From contig NC_043022.1 in the NCBI RefSeq assembly GCF_006345805.1, forward strand, positions 1,116,001 through 1,180,000: a DNA stretch of 64,000 nt, given 5' to 3'. This document shows, in pieces, positions 46,095 to 58,238 of this stretch. Position numbers and translations under genes: made by a program. This DNA comes from Octopus sinensis (taxonomy: Eukaryota). Position 1 is the first letter of the stretch; each line of letters starts with the position of its first letter. Below the pieces are notes generated by a model. That model searched no databases. It saw only the letters and a program-made list of their open reading frames with translations, and had not been told where the DNA came from.

Positions 46095-48548
46095 CATATA
46101 TATATATATATATAATATATATAATATAATATATATGTATATATATATATATAGATATATGCATATATATATAGATATATATATGTAAGTATGTATGTAT
46201 TCGTAAGTGTGTCACATATTCTCAGTCTCTCAGATTTCGCCACCCCCCTTACACCCACCGCCCCACGGAATGCTGATTGCCTTTATAATCAATGCAGGTG
46301 TCAACAGGTATGTCAAACTATAAAAGGCCATACAATCTGCTTGCTAAACAAAATCCCATTTCCGGATTAAACATGAAATGAACAAAATAAATAAAAATTT
46401 TAATATCTCTCAATGTCACACCAGACATAAAATTTTGCCTGTCGTCATAACGACCACACACACATGCACTCTCTCACACACATGCGCACACACACAAACA
46501 CACACACATACACATATGCACACACTAACGCACACACACTCACACGCAGGCACTTACACACACCTGCACACTCACACACGCACACACCTGCACACTCACA
46601 CACATTTACACACATATACACACACTCACACACACATGTAAGCATGTAAATACACACATTAAATACACATGCGTGTAATTCTTTTATTCTTTTACGTGAT
46701 TCAGTCATTTGACTACGGCCATGGGAAGTATGAACTTCCCTCTTCATACAATCGCTTTCTCTTAGTCTCTTTCGCTCTCATTACTTCAAAAGTTCCCGCA
46801 AGCCCATATGTAAAAAAAAAAAATTTTTTTACGGAAATCGACGGAAAGGTCTACGAGAGACGAAAGATTGCCAACATTAAAACTCTGTCGACATTCTGTC
46901 ATTCAGTGTAACGACAGTATGTATTTTGTGTGTGCGCAAACAATAAATATTTTGCTTGTCAAAAATCGCAACCTTCTCCGGTACAGATGTAACAACACCT
47001 CGCGAATCTTTAATAGTAATCTTTATTTCACTGCACACGTAATATTCAGGTTAGACATGAATTACATAAAGTTCCACAAGTCAACACAACTGAAAGAACG
47101 ATTCAGTCACGTTCATAAATAGTTTATCACAAAAGCCTTGCAATGAAGTTTGTCAAGGCAAGAGTAGGTTCATTTCGGTTAATTAAATAAACCAAACAAA
47201 CCGAGTTTGGCATGAAAATGAGAATTATAAATGTTAAGTCATAGAACAATAAGCAGCGGACGACTCAAGGCCGAACCGGATGCACATGTAGAGACAAATC
47301 TAAATATTTTCTAGGGCGGGTGTGTGATATATCTCCCGTTGTCTATGAAGCACAGGCTTCAGTGAACTACGACAATGGTTGTACATATATAAAACGAGGC
47401 TTTTTATAACAGACCGTCGTAAGCGTGGAAGGTGTTTGTAAGCCATTTAAGAAACACACAAAAGCCGTTCGATTCACTTCAACATTCAAGTTTAATTTGT
47501 CAAAATATTTTCGTCGCTTTGAGACCGAGACCTGTTCACTTCACAATTGTTTTCGTTTCAGCACACGAACTCAGATCAAGTCACTTGCTATGCAAGTACA
47601 TCTCCATCGTAAGCGCTACAACTTAAAAACTGAGAAAAACGCAGTCAAAGTTTCACAACATTCAGAATGCAACATCTCGGCAAGGAATGCAGTTAAGAAG
47701 CTGGTTTTGGTCTTAAAATGACCGTGAAAACCTCCCCTAATCATTTCATCCATGTAAAATGATTTATTTATGTATGCATCTGAAAGATGAAACAATGACT
47801 GCGTCTTTCTCATTTTGTAGAATATACCAGTGCTACAAAACGGTGTATTGCATTATTTTAGCCAGAAAAAAACATATAGGAACCCCCCACACACAGACAC
47901 ACACAAAGGTATTGTTTGTGTTTTAATATACCAAAGTAAAAATCTTTAAGAGGTAATTAAGACAAAATAGTAAGCTAATTGCCCATTATCGTTACGATGG
48001 TAACGAGGAATATTAGAAAATGAGCCATAACACCTCGCAAAACGATACAGGGATCACACCAGAGTTATTGACTGAGCGTGAGTGCTTACGATGGTTCGAT
48101 ACTAAACTCTCTGGTCCGAGTTTGGGTGAATGTCGTGTCAATAGCATCGAGGGACAATTTCTTTGCAAGTCTCACCAGTTCTTCAGTGTTTGTCCCCCAC
48201 CACTACTCGACAACAGGTGATGGTGTGTTTACATCTCCACATACATACATACATACATACATACGTACGTACGTACACATACATACATACATACATACGT
48301 ACGTACACATACATACATACATACATACATACATACATACATACATACATACGTACATACATACATATGTATGTATGTATACTAAGCACAAGGACACACT
48401 GCATCTAACCTATTTGATGCTATTTATACCTGTAACCTTCTCTGTTATTGTTGTTATTATTATCAATATGTTATATTTACCGCAGATAATATTAACAATA
48501 ATAATATCTTCATGAATATTCACTCCTTATATATATAATATACATATG

Positions 48549-48580
<32 letters not shown>

Positions 48581-48949
48581 TGTATGCAAAGGTACATGAA
48601 GCCCAGTTACAACTACAGCCGGCTATTACTAGTAAAGGTCTTTGTTGCCAATTTTGTATAAGACATTGTAGATCTTTAGCTGGGCTAAAAAGTCACATTC
48701 GATCACAGCACCAGTAACAGTTAAGCTTCGTGCAATGGCCATACTTGATAACGAGGGGGCAGCCATAATGTATGTATGTATGTATTTGTGTTTCTGTGTT
48801 TGTCCCCTGCCATAGATCAACAATTGATGCTGGTGTGTTTATGTCCCTGTAACTTAGCAGTTCAGCAATAGTGATAGATAGAAAAAGTGCTAGGCTTACA
48901 AAGAGTAAGTATGGGTGTCGATTTATTCGATCGCACAATTCACGTTGCC

Positions 48950-49500
48950 CCATCATAGCTGTAGTCCAGTTGCGGGGGACGAGGCGATCCGGTAGGAAAC
49001 AGTCAGTGACATCAATGTTTGACGGGCCCCACCGTAAGGGAAAGCGTGTGTGAGGACGTGGGCAGAAGTAGGACCGGTGTGGGCCACTTTAGCCTCAGGC
49101 AGCAGAAGTGGATGGGTGTGTGTAGGCGCATGAGCTAGAAAGGGAATTAGCATAGGTTCTAGCAATAGGTCAGACGAGTAGGACACGTCTCAGATTAATC
49201 CGGCCATCCGGTCGACACTGAGAGGCAGGTCCATCCTACTTTGTTCCTCATAGTTCCCCATACTTCGGGCTGTACAATGTCTCTTGTGACCCCAAGAGGG
49301 ACAAAAAAAGTGGAAGGGGACAAGTATTGTTAGGGCGGTCGACAGGAGTGAAATTGGATGTAAGGGCAGTACAATACTGAGGCTGCGGGTAATTGTGAGC
49401 GATCACGTGGTTGATGGAATTGATGTGGTGATGGGTATGGATGCGGCCAACCACCTGGGAGGTGTCAGTATCAGTGGAGACATCGTTTCATTTGATGGCA
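48950..49500 (+). pseudogene. Gypsy/Ty3-like gag-protease relic
   Basis: SGCTMSLVTP (degenerate DxG region) and KWKGTSIVRAVDRSEIGCKGSTILRLRVIVSDHVVDGIDVVMGMDAANHLGGVSISG, resembling the protease C-terminal lobe. GC-richer than flanks. Confidence 0.55.
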
Positions 49501-50476
49501 CAGTAAAAGACAAAAAGGAAACGAGAGATAAAAGTCAAATTGCCACCGATAATTGTATGTAATTGTTGGAAAATAAACTGCTATTCAGACGGCATGAAAA
49601 TTAGCTGAAGTAATTCTGAACTGACCCAAACAATATAAATAGACTTAACTTGTATTACCGCAGTTTTAATGAATTCAATTAATTGTTAACAGAAATTATA
49701 CGACAATTAAAAACTAATGATTACAAAAGAGAAAACAAGCTTTATCATCCAGACATAGTAAGACCAACGGCATTGTACTGTTAAAGATCAGGCCTCATTT
49801 TACAATGAGTTCTATATTTAATTGCTTTTGATGTGAATTCCGGGTCGTCTGTCCCGCCTATCATCATCAAAGGAAGCCATTTACATAATGCGCTTTTTTT
49901 CTCATCGGTACAGGTGTGAGTTTAATTAAGAATTCTTTCGTTTACAACACTGAATATGCTTGTGACCATTTTACTATTAACGAGCAGAGACATTATTCTC
50001 TGACCGATTTTCCGCTCGTACAGTATCAGTCCTTTTATCCGGCTTCCAGAAACCCGGGATCCGGGATTGCTGTGTAATGCCGTATGACATAGTGTATCCT
50101 GTATTGAATAAACAGTTGATTAATTTACATACGGTGCGTTAGAAATAGTTTCAGATCTATCGTACCGTTCCGCATCTACTTTATGTTTGCAGGGTAGAAA
50201 CTAGATAAAGAAACGTAAAGGACAAGATTTTATTTCACAGGTAAGGGTACAAATTAATACATTTCCAAAGCAGAATATGTTTAATTTCTTATCAATCCGG
50301 GCATGGCTGTGGTAAGAAGCTTGCTTCCCAACCACATGGTTCCAGGTTCAGTCCCACTACGTGGTACCTTGAGCATGTGTCTTCTTCTATAGCCCTGGGT
50401 TGACAAAGGCCTTGTAAGTGGATTTGGTAGACAGAAACTGAAAATAAGCCTGTCATGTGTGTAAGTGCAGGTATGG

Positions 50477-50512
<36 letters not shown>

Positions 50513-51259
50513 TTGCGGTGTGGATAATATATATATATATATATTATATATATATAATATATATATATATATACAATAATGAAAGAATGGAGTTTTTCTG
50601 ACGTGAATTTGCTACCCAGGTATCGGTTAACCGATTTATCCATACTAGGATAATTCATTCAACTACTTAAATATATATATATAAATAGAAATATGTGTGT
50701 GTGTGTGTAGGTGCAGGCTGTGATAAGAAGTTTGCTGCCCAACCACATGGTTCCGGGTTCAGTCCCGCTGCGTGGCACCTTGGGCAAGTGTCTTCTACTA
50801 CAGCCTTAGGTTATAGTAGTGGTAAGAATCCCTGACACTTTTCAAGTTGCGTCCATTCTGGTGTCCCTTTAATCTATGGATTATATTACTTGCAGAGCAG
50901 TCTAATGCATGATAACTCTTAGAAATGGATTCGATCCGACTTACAAAAGTAAAACATTTCACTTGGCTTGATCGTATTGATTAGCCATGCCCATCCCCTC
51001 AAAAATTGCTGGCTTTGTATCAAAATTGGAAAGAATTATTTACCGTTACCACCTCTCACCACTACCATTAATGTTCATTTATGAAAAGTCTTATAGATAT
51101 TCCTTCCAGATATTCTAAGATTTTGCAGTAGAGGTCAGACCAATAGTTATCAAAGAGGCAAATCACTAGACAATGACCCACTCAAAAGACCCTAACAACT
51201 GTTTGAAGTTTTTGGCAAAACTCTCTTTTCGAATGAGGAAACAAACTTGACTTTTTCCC

Positions 51260-51957
51260 CACAAGCCTAGCTAGAGTATCTCTTGCCCGGGGTGTGAAAT
51301 TTTTTTCCTACAAGAGTTCTGGACCCCAGTTAGGAACTCATTTGCATACAGCCAATCAGAGCTCAACTATCAAACTAATTTATGAGCGCATAACAAGTGA
51401 TGGGCGATAAGGTAAGGACACTTGGGTAAGGAATGACCATTCTTCTTTTCTCTTTTAATAATGCTTGTTGTTCTTGTTCTTTTTCCAACCATGGCTGCCT
51501 CTGCGTAGTTATTTGTGTTGTTGTTTACTTTCTAAAACAGTAAGGGGAGGGGGTTGCTAGCACATCACCCTCTACCCACATTTTCCCCTTCCACATCTTT
51601 ACCATAAGGGGCCCTAACAAAATCCGATAACAGGTAATAGATGCAAATCTATCTAATTACTTGTTTCCTTCTAAAATCAGGCATAACTTGGCCATCGATC
51701 GACTTACAACACCGTTCTTCGTCTTGAGTTTATTTGGTAGAATGTGTTTGTTAACTTGACAAGGTCAAAGTGAGCTCTGATTGGCTGCAAGCAAACGAGT
51801 TCATTACTGGGATCCGGAACTCTTGTGGGAAAGAAATTCGCGGGCGGCACTTCCGTTTGTCACCTCCGGACCCCCAAAAAATCACATATTGGAACTGCTT
51901 ACAACAGGATGAAAAGTGCCGCCCCTACCGTCCACTCCACCCCTAGCTACGCTAGTG
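51260..51957. mobile_element. hAT-like non-autonomous element with subterminal inverted repeats
   Basis: TIRs cacaagcctagctag / ctagctacgctagtg (13/15 match), internal inverted arms 51295-51368 and 51770-51839, degenerate 8-bp TSD. Confidence 0.6.
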
Positions 51958-52088
51958 CTTTTACCCCACAGCATTAAACTAGAGACCTCAGTTAACACTT
52001 TCACAGTTGTTCCATCCTTATCATAGTAAAGCTTACATCCAAAAGACTTGCCCTTCTCAGGGCACGACGAAAAACCACAGCTCCCTGG

Positions 52089-52504
52089 GGATCTTTTCGG
52101 TTTGACCGGCAGTTTTTTAAAATAATTTCCACGTAACTAAACACTTTTAAACTTCGTATACTGGTAGAATGTGTTTAGAAAACATCTTTTTCTCTTGGCT
52201 TTATTGAGAAAATTCTATAGTTTGTAAGATATTTGTTGTTTTTTTTCTTCAATTTCTGCAATTTCAACCAATCAATGACGTCTATTGAGGTAAAAACATT
52301 CTGTGCCGTATGAATATGTACCTCGTTTAAAAAACAGATTGGGTTTATTTACATTTCTGAAGAAAAAAAGATACCCTTCCTCCCACCCCTAACCCTAACC
52401 CTAAAACAGATTGAAATGCAATAGATCGATACTAGGGTCATAATTATGGGTGACAATTTCATATGACATCGCTAGAAAAACTGCCGTTCAAACCGAAAAG
52501 ATCC
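52089..52504. mobile_element. GGATC-terminal MITE with 8-bp TSD
   Basis: TIR ggatcttttcggtttga / tcaaaccgaaaagatcc. Perfect TSD ctccctgg at 52081-52088 and 52505-52512. (CCCTAA)3 inside. Confidence 0.9.
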
Positions 52505-52564
52505 CTCCCTGGTGTTAAAGAATACACATACGTCATGTAATATTAATAGTTACATTACTACAAG

Positions 52565-52785
52565 ACGGTGAGCTAGCAGGCTCGTTAGCACGCTTGATAA
52601 AATATTTAGCGGCATTTCGTCTGTCTCTATGTTCTGAGATCAAATTCCGCCGAGGTCGACTTTGTCTTTCATCCTTTCGGAGTCAATAAAATGAGTACCA
52701 GTGAAGCACTAGAGTCGATGTAATCAACTTGCCTCCTTCTACGAACTTATTGGCTTTGTGCCAAAAATGTGAGACATTTCCGAAC
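52565..52785 (+). mobile_element. SINE-B3
   Basis: SINE-B head and body with tail tggctttgtgccaaaa. Confidence 0.8.
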
Positions 52786-53359
52786 TACTTCTGTTGTATA
52801 ATTTGAAATTAAAATATTTTCTGTGATAAAATAAGATTTCGCCAGATTTGTGTAATATTTCAGTCAGGTTATTCAGTCATGAAATGTTTATTCGTGAAAT
52901 TGTTTATGTAAAAACCAGTGACACTTCAGGAGCAACAAAACAGCCCAGATTAAAAAAAAAAAAATGGTTGTTTGCAGACGATGACACGCCTGTGACGTCA
53001 TTTTCAGGCTGAACAGATGGAGATAGTTATTATGGGTTATGTTGTTCATTTTAGCAAGAAAAATATGTGAAGATTACGTCTTGGTGTTGTTATTTCTAGG
53101 GCAAGTCAACATGACATAATCTTGCTTCATCCTTTCAGAACAAAGGGACTCCACGTGGCCGCTTGCGTAAGCTAGAAATAGCAGGTCCCTCTAATTCTCA
53201 CTTAAATAATATTCTGGCATTTATTTCTTTCTTTATGTATTTATTTATTTTTAAAGGGAAACACTGAATAATATTGTTAGAAACAATATGGGTTGGTCAC
53301 AGTTAGAATGTCTTAAATGTAGATCTATCTATATAAATATATGTCCATATATATATATG

Positions 53360-53916
53360 CTTTTCTACTCTAACACAAGGGTCTGAAATTTTGGGGGAGG
53401 GTGCCAGTCGATTAAATCGACCTCGGTACGCAACTGGTACTTAATTTATCGACCCCGAAAAGATGAAAGGTAAAGTTGACCTCAGCAGAAGTTCAACTCA
53501 GAACGTAAAGAAAGACGAAATACCTATTTCTTTACTGCCCACAAGGGGCTATACATAGAGGGGATTAACAAGGATAGACAAACGGATTAAGTCGATTATA
53601 TCGACCCCAGTGTGTAACTGGTACTTATTTAATCGACCCCGAAAGGATGAAAGGCAAAGTTGACCTCGGCGGAATTTGAACTCAGGACGCAGCGGCAGAC
53701 GAAATACTTATTTCTTTACCACCCACAAGGGGCTAAACACAGAGAGGACAAACAAACGGATTAAGTCGATTACATCGAAACCCCAGTGCGTAACTGGTAC
53801 TTATTTAATTGACCCTGAAAGGATGAAAGGCAAAGTTGACCTCAGCGGAATTTGAACTCAGAATGTAACGGCAGACGAAATACTGCGTGCTAACGGTTCT
53901 GCCAGTTCGCCGCCTT
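53360..53916 (-). mobile_element. SINE-B trimer (head+B1, headless B1, headless B2)
   Basis: Junctions at 53524/53525 and 53708/53709, equivalent in position to the junction at 2377/2378. Confidence 0.9.
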
Positions 53917-54106
53917 CGACCCCCCCCCCCCTTGTAAATTATGATACAGCTATTGTTGACATGTGTGAAGGCGCATGGCTCAGTGGTTAGAGCGTCGGGG
54001 CTCAAGCGTCAAGTGCATTATCAGTGACTCGTTTCAATGATTCTTTCCAGGAATGGCTTTGCTTGTATACAAGGAAGCAGCCACTACACACGTGGAGATC
54101 CTTTTT

Positions 54107-54443
54107 GGATCTTTTCCTTTTGAAGGCCAGATTTCAACACAATTTATAGTTAACTAAACACTTTTAAACTTCGTATCCTGGTAGAATGTGTCAAAAGAAA
54201 ACATTATTTTCACTTGGCTTTCTTGATAAATTTGTAATTCGTTTACTCTTTTACTCTTTTACTTGTTTCAGTCATTTGACTGCGGCCATGCTGGAGCACC
54301 GCCTTTAGTCGAGCAAATCAACCCCGGGACTTATTCTTTTTGCAAGCCCAGTACTTATTCTATCGGTCTCTTTTTGCCGAACCGCTAAGTAACGGGAACG
54401 TAAACACACCAGCATCGGTTGTCAAGCAATGCTAGGGGAACAA

Positions 54444-54478
<35 letters not shown>

Positions 54479-55094
54479 CATATATACGACAGGCTTCTTT
54501 CAGGTTCCGTCTACCAAATCCACTCACAAGGCATTGGTCGGCCCGGGGCTATAGCAGAAGACACTTGCCCAAGATGCCACGCAGTGGGACTGAACCCGGA
54601 ACCATGTGGTTGGTTAGCAAGTTTAACGTAGTTTAATTTTTCGAATTTTAACCAATGAATCGCCTCTATTTGAGCTGAAATCATTTGCTGCGTCTTAAAA
54701 CTGAGACAACATCCTGTAACTAACCCTCCCCCTAACCCTAATTTTTTTTTCTTAATTGTTAAATTAATTTAATTGTTACGCGTGTAAAAAAAAACTAAAG
54801 CAATGGAAAATAATTTAAACAATTAAAATACAAAATAATTCTATAATTTTTATACACACGCTTTCCGTACGTATACGGAAAGCGTGTGTATAAATGATTT
54901 TAGCTCAAAAGAGAGCATAGGATTGGTTAAAATTCGAAAAATTAAACTACGTTAAACAAACGAATTACAAATTTATCAAGAAAGCCAAGTGAAAATAATG
55001 TTTTCTTTTGACACATTCTACCAGGATACAAATTTTAAAGTGTTTAGTTAACTATAAATTGTGTTGAAATCTGGCCTTCAAAAGGAAAAGATCC
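54107..55094. mobile_element. GGATC-terminal foldback element with about 200-bp TIRs
   Basis: ggatcttttccttttgaaggccag / ctggccttcaaaaggaaaagatcc. 8-bp TSD tccttttt at 54099-54106 and 55095-55102. Internal palindrome at 54849-54894. Confidence 0.9.
54245..54620 (-). mobile_element. SINE-A nested in the left TIR of the GGATC element
   Basis: Splits ttcgttt|gtttaacgtag, which is contiguous in the right TIR. Confidence 0.9.
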
Positions 55095-55547
55095 TCCTTT
55101 TTTTTTTTTTTTACTTGTTTCAGTGTTTTGACTGCGGCCATGCTGAAGCACCACCTTCAAAGGTTTCAATCGAACGAATTGACCCCACAACTCTATTCAC
55201 GAAACCTAGTATTCATTATATCGAATCATTCTTGCCGTGCTGTTCGTATACGAGGCGTAAACAAACGGTTGTCGAGCGGCGGGGGTGGACAAACACAAAC
55301 ACACACGTACACGCGCGCACACACATGACTAACGATACCACCTGTACCAGTGCGGCGCGTTGTGTGAAATAACAACATCAAGACGTTGGTGCGCGAGAGT
55401 GCGTTGTGTGTGCGCGCATGTGTGTATGTGCGTGTGACCGGGATTTTAATTATATTAGGAAGTTCACAATTTATGTGGCGCCAATCAATTTCAGCACTCT
55501 AGGCGATTGCCTAGTTTACATTGTGTATAACCTGGGCCCATACAATA

Positions 55548-55836
55548 TCTTTATATATATAAAACTGAGAATGTGTGTCTGTCTGTCTGTGTGTGTGTTT
55601 CCCTAAAACTTAAGAAATACACAACCAATTTCATTCAAATTTTACACATGCCTTACTTAGGGTCCATGTAATTTCATGGGCAAAAAAAAGTGTTAAACTT
55701 CTTGCCTAGAGCAAGCCCATAGCAATATCATATCTTCACTATTTCAGTATTACGTGTTAAAAGTGAAACAAAAACATTTCTCTATTTTATGTCAGACTAG
55801 CATTAAAGACCCGTCGTTGCCGGGTCATAGTGCTAG
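55548..55836 (+). mobile_element. Non-autonomous Helitron
   Basis: A|TC 5' end, 3' hairpin gacccg-tcgttgc-cgggtc (55808-55826), CTAG|T end, no TSD. Confidence 0.85.
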
Positions 55837-55859
55837 TATATATATATATATATATATAT

Positions 55860-56235
55860 ATACTTTTATCTGTTCCAGTCATTTGACTGCGGCCATGCTG
55901 GAGCACCGCCTTTAGTCGAGTTAATCGACCCCGGGACTTATTCGTTGTAAGCCTAGTACTTATTCTATTGGTCTCTTTTGCCGAACTGCTAGGTGACGTG
56001 GACGTAAACACACCAGCATCGGTTGTTAAGCGATGTTGGGGGGGGGGGACAAACACAGACACACACATATATACATATACATATATACGACGGGCTTCTT
56101 TCAGTTTCTGTCTACTAAATCCACTTATAAGGCTTTGGTCGGGCTGAGGCTATTGTAAAAGATAGGTGCCACGCAGTGGGACTGAACCCGGAACCATGTA
56201 GTTGGTAAGAAAGCTACTTACCACACAGCCACTCA
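55860..56235 (-). mobile_element. SINE-A
   Basis: Inverted SINE-A. Confidence 0.85.
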
Positions 56236-56261
56236 TATATATGTATATATATATATATATT

Positions 56262-57460
56262 TACTTCTCTTCTTCCCCAAAAGAAAAGCTCTACTTTGTA
56301 TTTTGTCCCTTTTGTGTTCAGCCCTGCGTGGCCAATAAAGAAATCTATCTATCTATCTAAATTAATTTAACAATTAAGAAAAAAAAATTTAGGGGGAGGG
56401 TTAGTTACAGGATGTTGTCTCAGTTTTAGACGCAGCAAATGATTTTAGCTCAAAAGAGAGCATAGGATTGGTTAAAATTCGAAAAATTAAACTACGTTAA
56501 ACAAACGAATTACAAATTTATCAAGAAAGCCAAGTGAAAATAATGTTTTCTTTTGACACATTCTACCAGTATACGAAATTTTAAAGTGTTTAGTTAACTA
56601 GAAATTTTGTTGAAATCTGGCCTTCAAAAGGAAAAGATCCTTGTTACTACCAAGCACTAGACGAAGGCCCTCATCGTTCTATCAATCTGTCTACCTATCT
56701 GTCTGTCTATCTATCTATCTATCTATCTCTCTATCTATAAAAAAAACGAAAGGAAAAGAGAGCCACTTACTGAAATGTGTTTTCTTTTTGCATGACACTA
56801 TTGCCCAAGGTTCCCTTGGTCTTTTCCGTAGGCTTTTCTATCAAAGGACAAACCTAATCTGTTTTCCCTTTTTACATTGACATTTCTGTGATACATGATC
56901 CCTATTGATCGGCCCCACTTTTTCTTTTCTCGATCCCTTTTAATCGGAATTCGACCCCCCCTTTTTTCCTTCTCTTCTTCCCAAAAAGAAAAGCTCTACT
57001 TTGTATTTTGTCCCTTCTGTGTTCAGCTCTGCGTGGCCAATAAAGAAATCTATCTATCTATTTATCTACTTGTCTGTCTATCTATCTACATAGCTATCTA
57101 TTATCTATCTATGAATGATGAAGCCACCTTGAGCATAATCCTATGAACCCGGAAATATTTTAAAACAGAGAGTTACTTACTTGCAAATAAATGTATTAAC
57201 ATGTGACATTATTGACCGAGGTTACCGTGGTCTTTTCCATAGGCTTTTCTTTTCACGGATAAACCTTATCTGCTTCCCCCTTTACACTTTACATCATGAC
57301 ATTTCTGTGATAAACGATCCCTATTGAGCGTTTTTTTTTCTTTCCTTTTTACGATCCCTTTTGATCGAAAACCTTCACTTTTTTTTTCTCCCCAAAAAGA
57401 AAAGCTCTACTCTGTAATTTGTCCCGTCTGTGTTCAGCCCTGTGTGGCTAATAAAGAAAC
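56262..57460 (+). mobile_element. Three stacked 3' ends of Tx1-family LINEs
   Basis: Units about 56262-56344, 56736-57050 and 57108-57460 each end in g(c/t)gtggc(c/t)aataaagaaa + (CTAT)n. Units 2 and 3 match 63865-64000. Unit 3 begins with MNDEATLSIIL*, comparable to SNETILSMIL*. Confidence 0.85.
56358..56640. mobile_element. Half copy of the GGATC foldback element
   Basis: Near-identical to 54895-55094, plus the inverted 54680-54770 segment. Ends in gaaaagatcc. Confidence 0.85.
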
Positions 57461-57461
57461 A

Positions 57462-57509
<48 letters not shown>

Positions 57510-57658
57510 CATCTATCTATCTGTCTATCTATCCATCTATCTGTCTATTTTTCTATCTGTCTATCTATCTATCTGTCTATCTATCTATCTATCTATCTAT
57601 CTATCCGTCTATCTATTCATCTATCTATCTATCTATCTATCCGTCTATCTATTCATCC

Positions 57659-57701
<43 letters not shown>

Positions 57702-57786
57702 CGTCTATCTATTCATCCATCTATCTATCTATCCGTCTATCTATTCATCCATCTATCTATCTATCTATCCGTCTATCTATTCATCC

Positions 57787-57819
<33 letters not shown>

Positions 57820-57841
57820 CTATCCGTCTATCTATTCATCC

Positions 57842-57872
<31 letters not shown>

Positions 57873-57889
57873 CGTCTATCTATTCATCC

Positions 57890-57928
<39 letters not shown>

Positions 57929-57944
57929 ATCTATCTATTCATCC

Positions 57945-57991
<47 letters not shown>

Positions 57992-58015
57992 AGTCTGTCT
58001 ATCTATCTATCATCT
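57461..58015. repeat. (CTAT)n microsatellite with ccgtctatctattcat higher-order units
   Basis: Direct inspection. Confidence 0.95.
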
Positions 58016-58238
58016 CTCTGACAGGCAGACGCAAGTCAAATGGGCTCCACGTAAGTTGGTATTTTTGTACGTTTCAAAAGTGTATATTGACAAATATTTT
58101 GTGCTTAAAAGTTGTGCAACAACATCCACTGTAAACCTTTGATAAATATCGACACAAAATTTTGCCCCTTGCGGGCAAAATTTAAAAGAAAAAATTCTCA
58201 TAGCCTTCGTGGTTTCATTTAGCCATTTTATTTCCAAA

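Noticed and set aside
47425-47721. 98-aa ORF as a host gene
   Set aside because: Non-ATG start, no recognisable motif, no splice context.
52387-52404. Interstitial telomere
   Set aside because: Only three CCCTAA units, lying inside a TSD-bounded MITE.
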